From Oikopleura dioica (taxonomy: Eukaryota > Animalia > Chordata), in NCBI GenBank assembly GCA_907165135.1, contig OU015569.1:5952001-6016000 (forward strand): a DNA stretch of 64,000 nt, in the 5' to 3' direction. Numbering within the stretch: the stretch's first letter is position 1; the number at the start of each line of letters is the position of its first letter. A program made the translations under genes and the position numbers. The notes beneath the pieces were generated by a model that was given only the letters and a program-made list of their open reading frames with translations, did no database searches and was not told the origin of the DNA. Positions 11,779-25,173 of the stretch are shown piece after piece.

Positions 11779-14700
11779 ATGCCGCTCGAAAAGACTGGCT
11801 CAGCGAAGACGGTGACCGGAAATGTCCGAACGGTCAGGCTCAATACTTACAGAGAGAGAAAATTTGAATGCCAAGAATTGGAAAAAGAAAACAACCAACT
11901 CTCAAATACGATTGTACAGGTAACTTGACTAGGATTCTGAAGAGTCGTTTATTTGTACCTTCCAGCTGCAAGACATTATTTGCGCGAAAGATGAGGAGAT
12001 GAAGATCCTGAGAATGCAGGTTGCGGATCAAGAAATCATAAAGGACAAATTCGATCAGTTGAAAGGAGAAGTCGTCAAAGTCGGATCAAAGGTACTTTTC
12101 GATATCATTTTTTCTTGCTCGGAACTACAAATGGGCTTCAATTAGACATAATTATACATCTTATCGATATCAAGAATGATAAAGTTATATGAATATTTTC
12201 TTATTCTCTCTCTCAAACATTTTCTCCAGCTCGAAACTTCATTTACCGAGGAAATCGAACAATCGGAAACCATCGAGGTTGTTACAGAAAGAATAGTGCA
12301 AGCTGCGCCATCTACTCCCCCTCCTCCACCTTCGCCAGAGATCTTCATTGATTATGATCCGTAAGTCTATTTTTCTGAGAATGTTTTGAAATGGGGGAGA
12401 AATGTCAAAAAATGCGTGTATAAAAAACGTTGCAAAACTAGACGACCAGATGTGGCATTTGAAGCTGCAAAAATGGATCGACTGAAGAAGGAAAACGCCT
12501 TAATCTTCCAGAATGAAATGCTTCAGACTTCACTAGATCAGGAAGGTGGATTAGATTTTTCCTTCCTTTGCTTTATGGCAGGATCTATCCATATGAAAAA
12601 GGAAATTTTGAAAAACGCGGCGCTTGAAGAACACCTGGTGACGGTGAAGCAACAACTTGCTCACGAGTTGAAGGAGAAAGAGGGAACAGTTCGTGAACTT
12701 CGGCAGTTGAAGCACGAATTAGCAAGTTTGAATGTTAAGCTTTCTGCGGTCGAGCTGAAAAATAGTAAGTGTTTCGATGATAGCTTGGTTGTTTCGATTT
12801 CATTCCATAACTCGAATGAGTGCGATTTAACCCCTCTCCAGTCACTAACAATTTGTAGGTGGAGCGTTTGGAAAATGTGTCTATCTCATAAAACTGCTGT
12901 CAATGTTCACTGCCACATTCGCAAGTCAACTCGTTTCGCTCTGATACTGATACATTCTGCAATCATAAACGATTCTTCAAATTGGCCAGTAAGCTTTGAG
13001 TTTTAGACGAAGCGAAGAAAGACCTTGACACGCTGAAAATGGCTTCGCAAGTTGAGATCGACCAAATGAAAGCGGATTTCAACGGAAAAGAAAAAGACTT
13101 CAAGGTTTCTGCTGCCCCTAAAGAAAATCTTAACAATTTCAGGACGCGATGAAAAATGCATTGGAGGAAAACGATAAGCTAAGAGAGCACAACAAAGAAC
13201 TTATGTCAGATTTGTCTGACGTCCAAGAGCTCATCTCAAATATGTCCGATCAGAACACAAATCAGACATTTTTGCAAGAGCGCATCCAGTCGTTGGAAAA
13301 AGAAAACAAGATCTGTAAGATGCTCATTGAGAAGAAAAACGAGACCATAGGAAAATTTATAAATAATTCATATCTTTGTACGAAAAAAAAACATATTCAT
13401 AAATCATCAAAGCTAGCTTAGAAAAGCAGAAAAGCGGCGACGGAACCTCTGATCTTGCAGCAAAGGTTGATTCTCTTGATGCAGAGCGAGGCGCATTCGA
13501 AGAGCAATCGCAAAAATATAAAGTCGCAATAGGAGCGCAAAAACGATACATTGGTAACAGAATTCGAAAAAAACGTAAAAATAAGCGAATTTTTAAGATA
13601 GCTTAAATGAAGCTATGCGACTTTCTGACGAAACACGACTGAAGCTCAAAGAAGAGGTAACAGTATTTCTACGCTCTGAGTTATGTAAAATGTAGATTAC
13701 TGCTCTTCAAAACGAAAAAGTAAAGCTGCATGATCAAGTGAAAGCATTTGTGGAGCTCAGAGCAGCGGAGCAGAATCAGCGAGTCGCCACGGAAAATTAC
13801 AAAAAGATCCTCGAAGCTCGGAATGAAGAGACTGATGGTCTGCTTGAGCAGTACAGGAACCAGATGAAACGTTTAGATGCCGAACTCGATAACGTTAAGA
13901 AGCAGAACGAGGCTAAAGGTGAGTTGTCTACTTATTAAACTATTTGTAATTTTGTTTAAGATAAACTGAACACATCTTTCAAACGACAAACAGAAACTAT
14001 GAAGCAGTTACTCAATCAATACGAAATAGATTCCAAGCAAAAGGGCGAAGAAAACAAAGTCCTTTCTGAAAAATTGAATCGTCTGATCAAAATCAACCAG
14101 GATCTAATCGAAAACAAGCCAGCCGAGCCAGTAGAAAAAATTGTAGTCGAGGTTTTATAATTAACCTTTACAAAAATCAGTAGATTTCTATTAGGGATCG
14201 CCAGAAGCTCAAGCTGCTCAGATGAAAATGGAGCTCAGAAATGCAGAACTCGATCGAGATCTTGAGAAGGCTCGATCCTTGATTAAGAGGCTTACAGATG
14301 AAAATAGACTTCAACAGAATCAGGTTTCGAAAGAATTAGTATGCCTGTTCTTAAAAATACATTCAGATCGAGAAGTTCCAAGCAAGTTTCCTCAAGATCG
14401 ACACAGAAAAAATGGAACTGGAAGAGACCGTTCGTGGACTGAAAAAGCGAGTCGACAGTTCCACTTCCTCACCAGATGTTGAGAAAAAGACCGAAGAGAA
14501 CTCCGCTATGTCAGCTAAGGTGCACGAAATGAACCAAAAACTCATCAAGCAAATGACACAAATGAATGAAGCCCTGAATTATTGCCAAAAAGAAAAAGAC
14601 GAGATTATTGAAAAATCTGAGAAAGTATTTGAATTTTCATTTAGCCTTCGAATTGATTTTCCTTTTAGTTGATCAAGGTTACTGGGAATATGAAGCAGGA

Positions 14701-17700
14701 GAACGAGCGTCTCCAGAACCTAGTGATTGAGCTTCAAGAGCAACTTGAAACGAAACTGACGAGCCCCGCTGCCCAAGAAAGCCCCAAAGCGCCAGAAGCT
14801 GCCAAAGCCAAGCAAGCTCCCAAAAAGAAGAAAAATAACAAGAAATAGGAATCACGCAAAATGACCCATTTTTGACATTTCTCCGCCAAAATTTTATTTC
14901 TCACGCAAAATGTTTTTCTTGCGCAAATCTTTACTTGAAGTTCCGAACACTGAAATAAACATGCAATTATAGAAACGATAGTTCTGAAGGCTCCAATGCA
15001 AGCAAATCGACAGAGGAGAAGCTTGAAAAACTTCAAAAGAAGTACCAAATGGAGAAGAAGAGATCTGAAACGATGCATGACGAGTTCCGAATCTTGAACA
15101 GAAAGTATCAACAATCTAAAGATACTCTTGAACAATTCAAAGCAACGGAGCAAAAACTCAACGCGAAACTCAAGGTACTTCGGGTCATGTTATTTTTTGA
15201 CTCAGTTTCCATTCAGGGAGTTTTAGAAGAACAAGATAGGCGAATCGCGGAATCTGCGCAGAGCGAGCAAGAGAGTGCGACAATGATCAAAGATCTTCAA
15301 GAAAGAGTAGCGACATTAGAATGCGCTTCCGACGAAGAACTCAATGAGCGATACACTTCGCTCCAGAAACGATATATTGAGTTGGAGTCGAAAGACTTGG
15401 ACTACACGGAAACCATTGCCACACTGAACAACCAGTTAAACGAGCTGAAAAACGCTCATGAAACCGCGCTGAAAGAACTTGCGGCACAAGCAAGTAAAGA
15501 CGAAGAAAGCTCAAATGACGACCATGAAGACTTGCGAATCGCGAAAGTGCACAATGAAGCAACCATCAAGTCCTTGGAAGCAAAGCTCGAGATTCTTCAA
15601 ATGGAGAAGAGACGAACATCTACCGATGAAAACTCGAATAGCTCTGCAAATGTACGAGAGGATCAGTATGAAAAGGACCTCGCAGAAGCTTTGCGCAAAG
15701 TTGATGATCTGTCCATCGAGGTAAAAGAAAAAAAAATGATTAAAAACTTACTCATTTTTAGCTTTTCAACAAAAGTCAACAGCTCGATGAGGCCAAATAT
15801 CAAATCGAGCAGCTAAAACTTTCCCCGGCGAATGAAACTGACAAGGCTGTCGCTGAATTACAACAGAAACTTAACCATGTTGAAAAGCAAAAAGCCCAAA
15901 TCGTTTTATCTGCTGTAAAGAACAGCGATAAATATGCTGCAGAAATCGAAGAATTGAAAGAGAAAATCTCCGAATTAGAAAAACAAGAGGAAGATCAAGG
16001 CAAAAATGTGTCGTCCGAATCCGCTCAGGCGATAGAAGAACTCAAGGAAAGCAACAAGCGATTGTATTCGGAGCTTGTGGCGTCTGAAACCAGTGAACAA
16101 ACGCTGCGAAAGGAGATAGAAACTGCAAGAGCAAATGTGTCGAGACTCGAAGTACAGAACTCGACAGTGCTTGAAGAAGTGAGTCGGCTCAATGACACTC
16201 TTGCCGCAGCAGAAACTGAAATCAACAAAATGCGCGATGAAATTTACAGTTTCAAGGTATGATTAAATCCATGTAAACTTCTCTGAAGCAAACACTCTCT
16301 TAGGACTCACACACTTTATCTTCAAGTGGATCTTCTATCAGCAGCTCACCAGAAGACTTATCAGCAAAATACACTAAACTGACATGCATTTACAGAGCAA
16401 AACTTGAGGAAATTGTTAAACTAAGCAAAGAGCTCCAAAAGTACGTGCTATTCAATCATAAGTACTCGTCTATACCGTGATAAAACATTATGTTTTCAGG
16501 AAAGAATCTTTGGAGAACGATTTAAAAGTCGCCAACGAAACTATCAACAACAAGGATCAGAGCCTACAAGATATTCTCTCCAAAAATACAGCATTATCTT
16601 CCAAGGTTAAAGTCTTGGAAGAAGACTTAGAAGAAATGAAAAACGAGGTGGACAGAAAGGCGGACGCAATAAAGAAAATGAAATCCGGCAAAAACGACAG
16701 ACAGTGGTCCCAAATGCTGGCTAACAACGGCGTGCCTGAATCGGGTAGAGTTTCTCCTCAACACCATGTACAACATCACACTGACAACTTTTACGATGAA
16801 AACATCGAAAATGAATAAATTGCTGCAACAATCTTTTATGCATTGACGAATGTCTTCTATGATTTCGCAGTTGAAAGTGGTCAGTAGGAAGTTGAGCTGG
16901 TTATTTCGTGTGTCTAAATGAGTTTATAGACTTGTCCTCGTTTTCATCTGATGCTGAGGAGGACTTTGCAGTTTCGACTCCGAATGTCGCGATGCAGTTG
17001 AGAATCAAGGACGACACTATTCGAGAGTTGAGACAGCATCTTGAAGTGAGAACGGCCGAGTTTGAAGCCTTAGAAGCCAAACTAGCGGATATCAGTCTTA
17101 GGAACAGTGTTCAAAATTATCAGTAAACCCAAATTTTCGTAAATGGTAGAGGAGTATTGAATCTGAATTAAGAATAAAAAATACATCGGAGGATGAAATT
17201 CGAGAGCAATTGTCCAAACTAATGGTGCAAATCAAAGAAGTACGAGATGATAATGATAGACTCGAGCAAGAAAATCTTGATCTAAAGGTTTAGTAAATTA
17301 AAGAAGTTTACAACTTATCTGAAATCAAGGAAGAGTGCAGCAAACTTATGGAAGAGCAGCTAGCCCAACCCTCAAGTGTTGAATCAATCCAAAGACAATT
17401 AGATGATTTGACAGAGATTGTCGAGGTTTTTGATTTTTTAAATTTTTCATGAAAATATTCATAAGTCAAAAAATAACGACGAAGAAAAACTGAGGAAAGA
17501 ATTGGAAGAATTGCGCGCCAGAATTCGAGAGTACGAGGACGCAGAAGAAGTTCGATCAAACTTATTCCACGGGTCTCGTGGGAGCTCTCCGTTCTGGGTT
17601 CGCACAAAAAATTTAGTTTTAAAAAACGGCAGACAAAGACAATGCCTATCCATAAAAGCCTGACACACTTGCCGACTCTTTGGCTGCATTAAACGACGAG

Positions 17701-18115
17701 AACCATTTCCTTCGAAGAAACCTGTCGAAGTCAGAGCTCGAAATCGAAGAACTAAAGGATCAACTCGAAGGAACGATCTCCTCAAGGTATCTTTTCGATA
17801 AAATCCATATGCTTTACCCTTTAAATGCATTACAAGAGTCTCTGCCGAAGAGTTCGAAAAACTAAAATCTGAATGCCTTGAGCTTCGATACTACAATGAT
17901 GACCTCGTCACTCAGCTAGCAAAGTTAGAAACTGGCCGGAGTACATCCGACTATGAAGATAAACTAACAATTCAGCTAGAAATGATCAACCAAATGAATG
18001 AGGAGCTGGAAGTTTTAAAAGGTCGGCCTGCGAGTACTGTATATTCTTGAAAGCTTGTTTTAGATCAATTGCACGAAAAAGATCGTAAACTTTCTATTCT
18101 ACGACGCAGTGCCCG
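11779..18115 (+). CDS. Very long multi-exon coiled-coil protein (golgin/centrosomal-like, family unassigned)
   Basis: More than 25 short GT-AG-flanked exons of continuous E/K/Q/L heptad-rich sequence. Start MPLEKTG inferred. The last exon may lie at ~18870-18925, beyond the MITE. Confidence 0.75.
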
Positions 18116-18194
18116 AAAGTAACATGTTTGTAATAATTACAGTATAGTATATGAATTCCTTTAATCAACAAATAAATTTGCGGCTGGTGACTAG

Positions 18195-18836
18195 GGAGGT
18201 TTGCAATTAGTCTGGGTACAGACCCAGACTTCGAGCTACAATTGCTAGTCTGGGTCCAGGGCCCAGACTTGGTTATATTTTCGTAGTCTGGGTCTCTGGC
18301 CCAGAGAAGATCTTTTAACCCGTAGTCTGGGTCCAGGGGCTGGCTGGCGCCTAGTTTCACAAACTTTATCAACCCGGTTCAAAATTTCGGGAGAATGGTT
18401 CATAATTTCGGTCAGAAAAGTGACTCGAATTGACTGAAGGCGCGGTTGCATAGAAAGTTTAACTTTTAAAAAAAAGAAAGTTTTAACTTGAGTTTCTCTT
18501 CGAAATCAGGCGCGGAGCGCATATTGACCCGTAATTTCTTACTTTGGAAAATTTTGGGAACCGGGTTCACACAGATCATGAACTGTGTCCACCCGATCCA
18601 GGGCTGATGATCGCGTGAGTCAAAAGAAGGCTATAATGTGAGCACTGTGCCGAAATCCTAGTACAAACTACCATCTGAAAGGCTATTTACGGCCCTGGAC
18701 CCAGACTACGAGTGAAAAGAGCTTCTCTGGTCCCGAGACCCAGACTACGGAAATATAACCAATTCTGGCCCCTGGACCCAGACTAGCAATTCTTACTCGA
18801 AGTCTGGGTCTGTACCCAGACTAATTGCATACTTCC
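18195..18836. mobile_element. Non-autonomous DNA transposon, Merlin-like (or MULE/foldback)
   Basis: 8-bp TSD GTGACTAG (18187-18194, 18837-18844), GG...CC termini, ~155-bp imperfect TIRs built from AGTCTGGGTC subrepeats at ~38-bp period. Confidence 0.88.
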
Positions 18837-19352
18837 GTGACTAGTGTTCTTTGGATTAATTCTTGTCCTCATTGTTCACGCCGAGCGAAAATGTTAACCT
18901 GGCAAAGTATTGGACCCGCTCGTAACCCTGTCGGTATTGAATGGATCAAACGAGCAAATTCAATAAATAAAGTGAATGAATGCAAAATGCCATTTATTTG
19001 GTTTCTCAAATTTTGTATCAGAAAAAGGCGGAGACATCAAAGAGAAAGCAGGACAAAATGTCCAAAATGTAAAAGACACGAAGATAAAAAATATCTGAAC
19101 GGGTTAATTTAGCGGGGCAGCAATGCCCGGGGAAGAAAATGGCTCACTTAATTTCGCAGATCTTAAATTAACTGAGTAGGAGGAAAAGCTCCTCGACTAC
19201 GAGAAAGTGGAGGCTGCAGTAATATTAAAATAGGGTCAGAAGAATAACTAGCTCATAGAATTGTCTACGAGCGAGTTTCTTTAGTCTTAGGGTTAGAAGA
19301 TCGAGAAGTCAAGTGCTTCACAATGGGCACTGGCATGAACTGCCGTTGCTCT

Positions 19353-20394
19353 TCATAAGCTCATGAAGATTGTCTGTTCCTTATTCTCTAATGAGACTTC
19401 TTTGCGCACGCCTGAGGCGGTTTGCGATACGATCCGTCCTTGGTAGTGGACTTCGTTCTTGTAGTTGTGATAATTCGACGATTGGCAATTATTGAATTGC
19501 TTTGAGAGCGGCGGGTGTGGTCCGCTGACGGGCAAGGCCGGAAACGTCGAGTTCTCGTCGTAGTAGTTCATCTGGACGAGCGAAGCTGAGTTGGGCGCCA
19601 GCTGCGGCAGTTGAATCCCTTGCGAATGACAAAAGTGCTCCACTTGGTAGCGCAAATGGTCGAGCTGCTGTCTAAATGCGACTGATTATTTTCTGTCGCT
19701 TTATTTTTGTAACACTTTCCGTCTGGATTTGTTACAACAAGCGCTACTTTCAATTAAGCTGTGGCGCGGGATTATCCTAGCTCACTTAAAATCTCGGAAT
19801 CCGTCAAAATCACAAAGCCTATTTGGCAACACTCACCTGAGTCTGTAATTTTCGTACTCAAGATCGTGGTTCTCGTGCTGCAAAACGTTCACCTCGTCTT
19901 CCAGAGTGCGCGTCTTGTCAAGTCTTCGTTGTCTGCAGCGTCTGGCTGCTTCTTTATTTCGCTCTCGGCGCAATTCGCGTTTCGCAAGTTCAATCTCAGA
20001 CAATTCTGAGTCGGCCCTCCAAATTGATATCAGCATATAAAGCCAGATTTTATTTGTACCTTTTTGCTTTACGGCCAGGACGAGAATGTTTTTTCAACTT
20101 TCTGTTGTTTTGGATCTTAAGCTGAGCGCTTGGGTGTTGCTGTTTGTTCTCATTGGTGTCGGGGGTATTCTTATAGTTTTCGAATGAAACGACATCTTTG
20201 GGTTGGGGCTGGGTGACTGATTGGGAAGGAGTGATGTACTGGTTGCTAGTAGCCGACAATGGGCTTGTGGAACCATTTGACTGCATGGAAAGCGTTGAAA
20301 TAGCGGAGTCCGAAAAGGTGGAGTAAAAGCCAAAGCTGTTCATTTCTGGCGAGCTGGAACAAAACATCGAATCAGGCGAAAGGTTCTCTACCAT
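19353..20394 (-). CDS. Fos/ATF3-family bZIP transcription factor, 3 exons
   Basis: KRELRRERNKEAARRCRQRRLDKTRTLEDEVNVLQHENHDLEYENYRLR|QQLDHLRYQVEH is a Fos-type basic region and zipper with the trailing His. Confidence 0.85.
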
Positions 20395-20647
20395 GGGTTC
20401 AAGATTTGTTGAAAACGAAAAAAAAGAAAAATAAAAGGAAAAACTACTTCCGTCAAAGTTATCTCCCAGAGGATATACTTGTCAAAACAGCCTTTGCTTA
20501 CATATTCAAGTTAGGCTACCGTAATTATTCATTATTTTAATTAATTTATTCGGAACATCGGATTTTTTCCTAGATAATTTTTTCCGATAGAAAACAAAGA
20601 AGTATTGACAATCAAGTAAGTTTCGCAAATTTTTTTCAAGTGATATC

Positions 20648-20717
20648 TCTTTATAAAAGCTGACAACTCCGTAAAAATCTCTGAACCATTCCTCTGTTTT
20701 CAAGCGGTACGACGTCA
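20648..20717 (-). promoter_or_regulatory. Candidate promoter of the Fos-like gene: CRE-like site plus TATA box
   Basis: On the minus strand, TGACGTCG (20717-20710) lies ~55 bp upstream of TATAAAGA (20655-20648), ~250 bp before the ATG. Confidence 0.4.
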
Positions 20718-22129
20718 GTGAATGGTGGACTACAGCTGCCCTCGGAGCATGGTGACGAGCTTGGCGTGGGGGCGCTGTTGGTGCTGCTTCTGTTGCTGCA
20801 TGAGCTCGACAAACTTGAACACCTGAGCGAGTCTGCGTCATTTTCAGCGCTGGTGGAGCGATGGTCCGGCAATTGCATTCGTTTTGAACTCTCTTCTTTC
20901 GAAGCCCACAGGTTACCAATCAATTGATCGACCCTGGTTACTTTTCGATTGTATCCTACAAATTCTAGCGTTACTCAAAAGAACCACTTTGAATGAAAAA
21001 TCGAGGAAAAACGACTCTTTTTATGAAGATTCTCCCTCTCTTCTACTGGTTTGACATAGAACGTGGGAACATGGCAGAAATTATCTTTAGATTGGAAGAT
21101 AAACCCTCGGCCGGTCTTTATGAAAAAAAATCTGATGGGTCGATAATAGTTCGTATTTTTTAAACGAAATTGACGGATCAGCAAATTGTGAAAATTGCTT
21201 CACACGCAAGAGACAGAGGCGCTAATTTGCAAGCGTTTCCCGTTAATAATCCTATCGGAAGTCTTCTGGGCGCAAGAGTTGCAGGGTGCGAGTGGCGGCG
21301 CTTCGCTGATCCCTTTGGCGGAAGAGGCGAATCCCTTCAACTATTACTTACCGGTATCCATATTCCCATACTCTTCAGCGTTGGAATCGTTGTTTGAATG
21401 GGTTTTGAGGCCACGTTCGACGCGCCGCCTTTAAATAGTGCGGCGGTGGTGGCGGTGCCGGACTCTGGATTGAACTAGCGCCGCTCGAGCTGGCAACTAT
21501 CACGTTGATCTGAAATTGGTAATTCTCTTCGACTTTACAGACTTTTGAGTAAAATACGAAGCCCTATTCATATACCTGTGTGCGCGGCGAGTCGAACGTT
21601 GTGGTGATTCCTTGGCGGATGAGGCCGCTTTTATGCGCAACGAGAAAGAGCTGGTGATTCCTCTAATCACTGGGCCGACACTGAATTCTAACTCCTGGAG
21701 CACGGTGTATGATACCGATAGAGGTGCTTCATCGGACGCAGACGAGGTTGGCTGCAGCAACGCCAGCGAACACGCCAGGAACACGCGCATTGCGTCGGTG
21801 ATTCAGGTAGAAAGCGAGCGAGGACGGGCCGCTGTTACGACCGACGATCTTCCGTAAACCAAACACCACCACGCGTCCGAATTCCAAGTTTTGTCCACGC
21901 GTCGACCCTTAATTAGACGATCAGATGCCACTTAATGGATCGTCCGATGCGCGACGAGGCGCGTGCCGAAATCTATCCTTATTCCTAAGAAGCACATTAC
22001 GTCGCAGTCTACATATTCCTCACTTTCCACTCCAAAACAAAAAGCCCAGTGAATAACCCAATAACAAATCAAAAGACTAAATTATTGTTCAGTTTATTTC
22101 ACAGCTTGTTTTACTTAGGAGTCGTCGTA

Positions 22130-23305
22130 GGACTGTGAAAGCATCAAAACAGAGGCACTTAGTATATGATTAGTGTAGTTTTAGAACAGAGATTCCGCTG
22201 AGTTTCCTCTATGTTTTCAATTGAAACAATCAAGCGTGCGCGTAAAAACTCTTATTCTGTTATTAGTTGATACGGTCCTGAATAAACGAATTCATCGACT
22301 CCAGCTTGAGAAGGACTTTCTGCGCGAGCTGAAATTTTTCATTTGCTGCCCGAATTTTAGCCAAATTGAGTTCATCGACCAATTGAGCCATCATAATTCG
22401 CGTTTCTTGTGCATTCTCTCGCTTCCACTTCAATTCCAGTTCAGCTAGGCGAGCTACAGATATCTTTTAGGAGTTATTGTCACTGATCTATTTTTAAGAA
22501 ACCTGTAGAAAATTCCAGTAAATAAGATAATAAAAGAATCGAGTCTCTTTAATAAGCGTGATGAAAGCGAAATCGACGAAAAGTCGTTCGTAGCGCCTCA
22601 ACTCAGTCGAATTAATTGGCAGATTTACGAACTTCGCAACTGACCAGTCTATATTTCTACTAATTACAAATCTCAATCGAGCATTCTACCTTTTGAATTG
22701 AGCAGGCTTGTTTGGTCCTCTTCTTTGATTTCATCTTTTTTCATGCTGAGCTCGATACTTTGAATAACCATCAAATCGTTATTGAGACTTTTCTCGAGAT
22801 CTGCAAGATTTTTCTTGAGAATCTTTTCGATAGACGATTCCTTGGCTACTTTCGTTGGGAAGAGTTTTCGATGCGTGAAGAAATCGGAGAGTGCGTTTAA
22901 ATAAGAAATTTTTTTCTCCAAGTCTGAGTTGATAGCAAGTTCTGGGTAGACGCTCTCATCGAGTTGAAGCAATTCTTTCTCGAAAGAGCGAAATTTTTCT
23001 TCGTAATCTAGCAGTTCCAGCGCTTGTTTATCCTACAGCAAAATCAGAATAAAGACTAGACTAGGATTTGTTACCTGTATCGTTATAGGAAGAACGATGC
23101 CATGATTACTTTGCGACCTTGGCCCGTGAACGTAGATCTTTGCGCTGACCTTATCGCAGAAGTCGTCCCCATCGTCGATGAATATGTCTACCGTATTTAT
23201 TGATTTGATATCCTTCGTTTTTTCGATCCAGAGCAATTTGGAGCAACTTATCTGTAATTAACTTTTAACTTCGGATTCAGCCTTACAGTAAGTCATTGAC
23301 GACAT
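22130..23305 (-). CDS. Hypothetical multi-exon protein, partly coiled coil
   Basis: Successive open exons with splice sites (ISCSKLLWIEK...PITIQ|DKQALELLDYEEKF...). Family not recognised; ends approximate. Confidence 0.55.
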
Positions 23306-25173
23306 AATTGAGAATATCTCTGTCTGTTTTGACCAGCACACGCAAAACTTTGTTTCTAATAAGGCAATCGAAAATGTAAAAAATCATTCTTCTGAGCTGA
23401 ATACTTTTGGAAAGGAATCTAGTGCAAAGATCTTTTTTCAGAAAATGCTGGCCCAGTGTCAACGGGGGATCACCAAAGTTCAGAGATCAGGATTTATACT
23501 TTTCCCCCTTATTTACTGCAGTTCTTATAACTTTAAAATCTGAGCGCAAATATGATAGATGCAAATTACAGAATCATCTGATGATTTTCACCAAAAATTC
23601 GTTTTCAGGAAAGCGACAGTAACTTATTCAATTGGGATCGAAAAAGTACTAGAAAATCGAATGCGAGAAGCGGAAACAAGGAAAAGAAGGACAGCACTTT
23701 TTTGAACGGGCTCCTCATGCAGCTGGAGAGAAGAACTCTCTAAAGAACCACTTGCATTCTACCAACCCATTCATCACTCAAAAACAGCACCATGCAGTTA
23801 TTCCGCTGTCAAATTATAAAACCAAGAAGCTGACGAGAATAAATTAAATTAACAAATCTTATCTTTTGTCAGCATGAAAATGCGAAGAAGCTGCTTTAAT
23901 CCCCAATTTGCGCCTTCAGATTGAATACATTGAGATGGCTAATTATGCTCGCCTTTATCTTCAGATTTCAGTGTATTGAAATGATCCGCTCGAGTCAAGG
24001 CCGAAAACTATAGACTTCCCGTCAAAACAAGGTCGTATTGACATCGTCTTCAAGTCCAAGCAACCTAATTGACCGAATTTCAATTAAAAACGGTAATCAG
24101 CTCTGTCTTCTTTCCGAGTATAAGCCCCATCTCAATTAAAAACAAGTGAACTCATTTTCAAAACAAGTTTAGAAATTGGTAAATAACAAACATATCTTTA
24201 GTTAATCGTCGAATAACGTTGCCAAGTTTTCGATAAGAGTTAGGCTTAGGGTTAGTAAAAATTCTAAAACTTGTGCGCTTTGACTGTACAGTACTGTAAT
24301 TTTAGAGCCTGCCAGTACTTGAATAAGTGACAAAAATATAACTTTTAAAGTAATTATATGAAAATTTATGAGCAGTCATAAGACGTTCCATTTTAAACTT
24401 CCAAAATCGATCTGGAAAGTAATCTGATTGCAATAAAGCATGGATTGGCAGCAAATTGAAAGAAAGAACTCCTATTTGCTCGATCTCGAACGAGTAAAAG
24501 TTAAGAAGTAGGAGAGATTATTCCCTTGAGGACTGATAGGTTGGATTAGTCTGATTCTATTTCTGACAGAAAATAATTAACCACCAAATAATCAGACTCC
24601 CCTACTGGACTGACAGGTGCCCGCGCTCGCCACCTCATAGAAAAATCGCTTTTCTTTTTTAACCGCCTTTGTATCTCAGCCCTCAAATCGCCAATAAGAG
24701 ATCAAACTAATCGAAAGCACAAATCTAACATTCAGGTGATTGAAAAAGAACTATTTCTTATTGAGGCTATTTTGTTTTTGTCAGAATCATCTCTAACAGA
24801 GTGACTGACAGACTGACAGTCACTAACTGTAACGTAGACTGCCTTTCAGCATTTATCCACCTAAGTCAATAACTCTTGCGGTATTAGCGATCATAATTTA
24901 TTCATCCCTTGAACAATTTTTTTTATTTTACTGAGAGCTTTCGTTTCTTTATATAAAACAAATGCAGTAGTTGAGACGTGCCCTGAGCTGTGTCTAGGTC
25001 TGGTTGCTCATTGATGTGAGAGTTAAGGCAGAAATCGAAGAGAACCAAATTGAGCCTGGACGAGATCATTAGATCAATCAGAAGGGATCAGCGCAAATTC
25101 AACCGAAGAGGGCAAATTCTTTCCTAGCGCGTAAATAAAGCATTATCTTTTTTTTTTTGAAGAGGAGGCAGAA

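Noticed and set aside
20506-21857. Several 70-137 aa ORFs upstream of the Fos-like gene
   Set aside because: Overlapping on both strands, with no recognisable motifs or consistent splice pattern; more likely regulatory DNA.
24240-24255. Interstitial telomeric repeat (TTAGGC TTAGGG TTAG)
   Set aside because: Only two to three degenerate units, compatible with chance.
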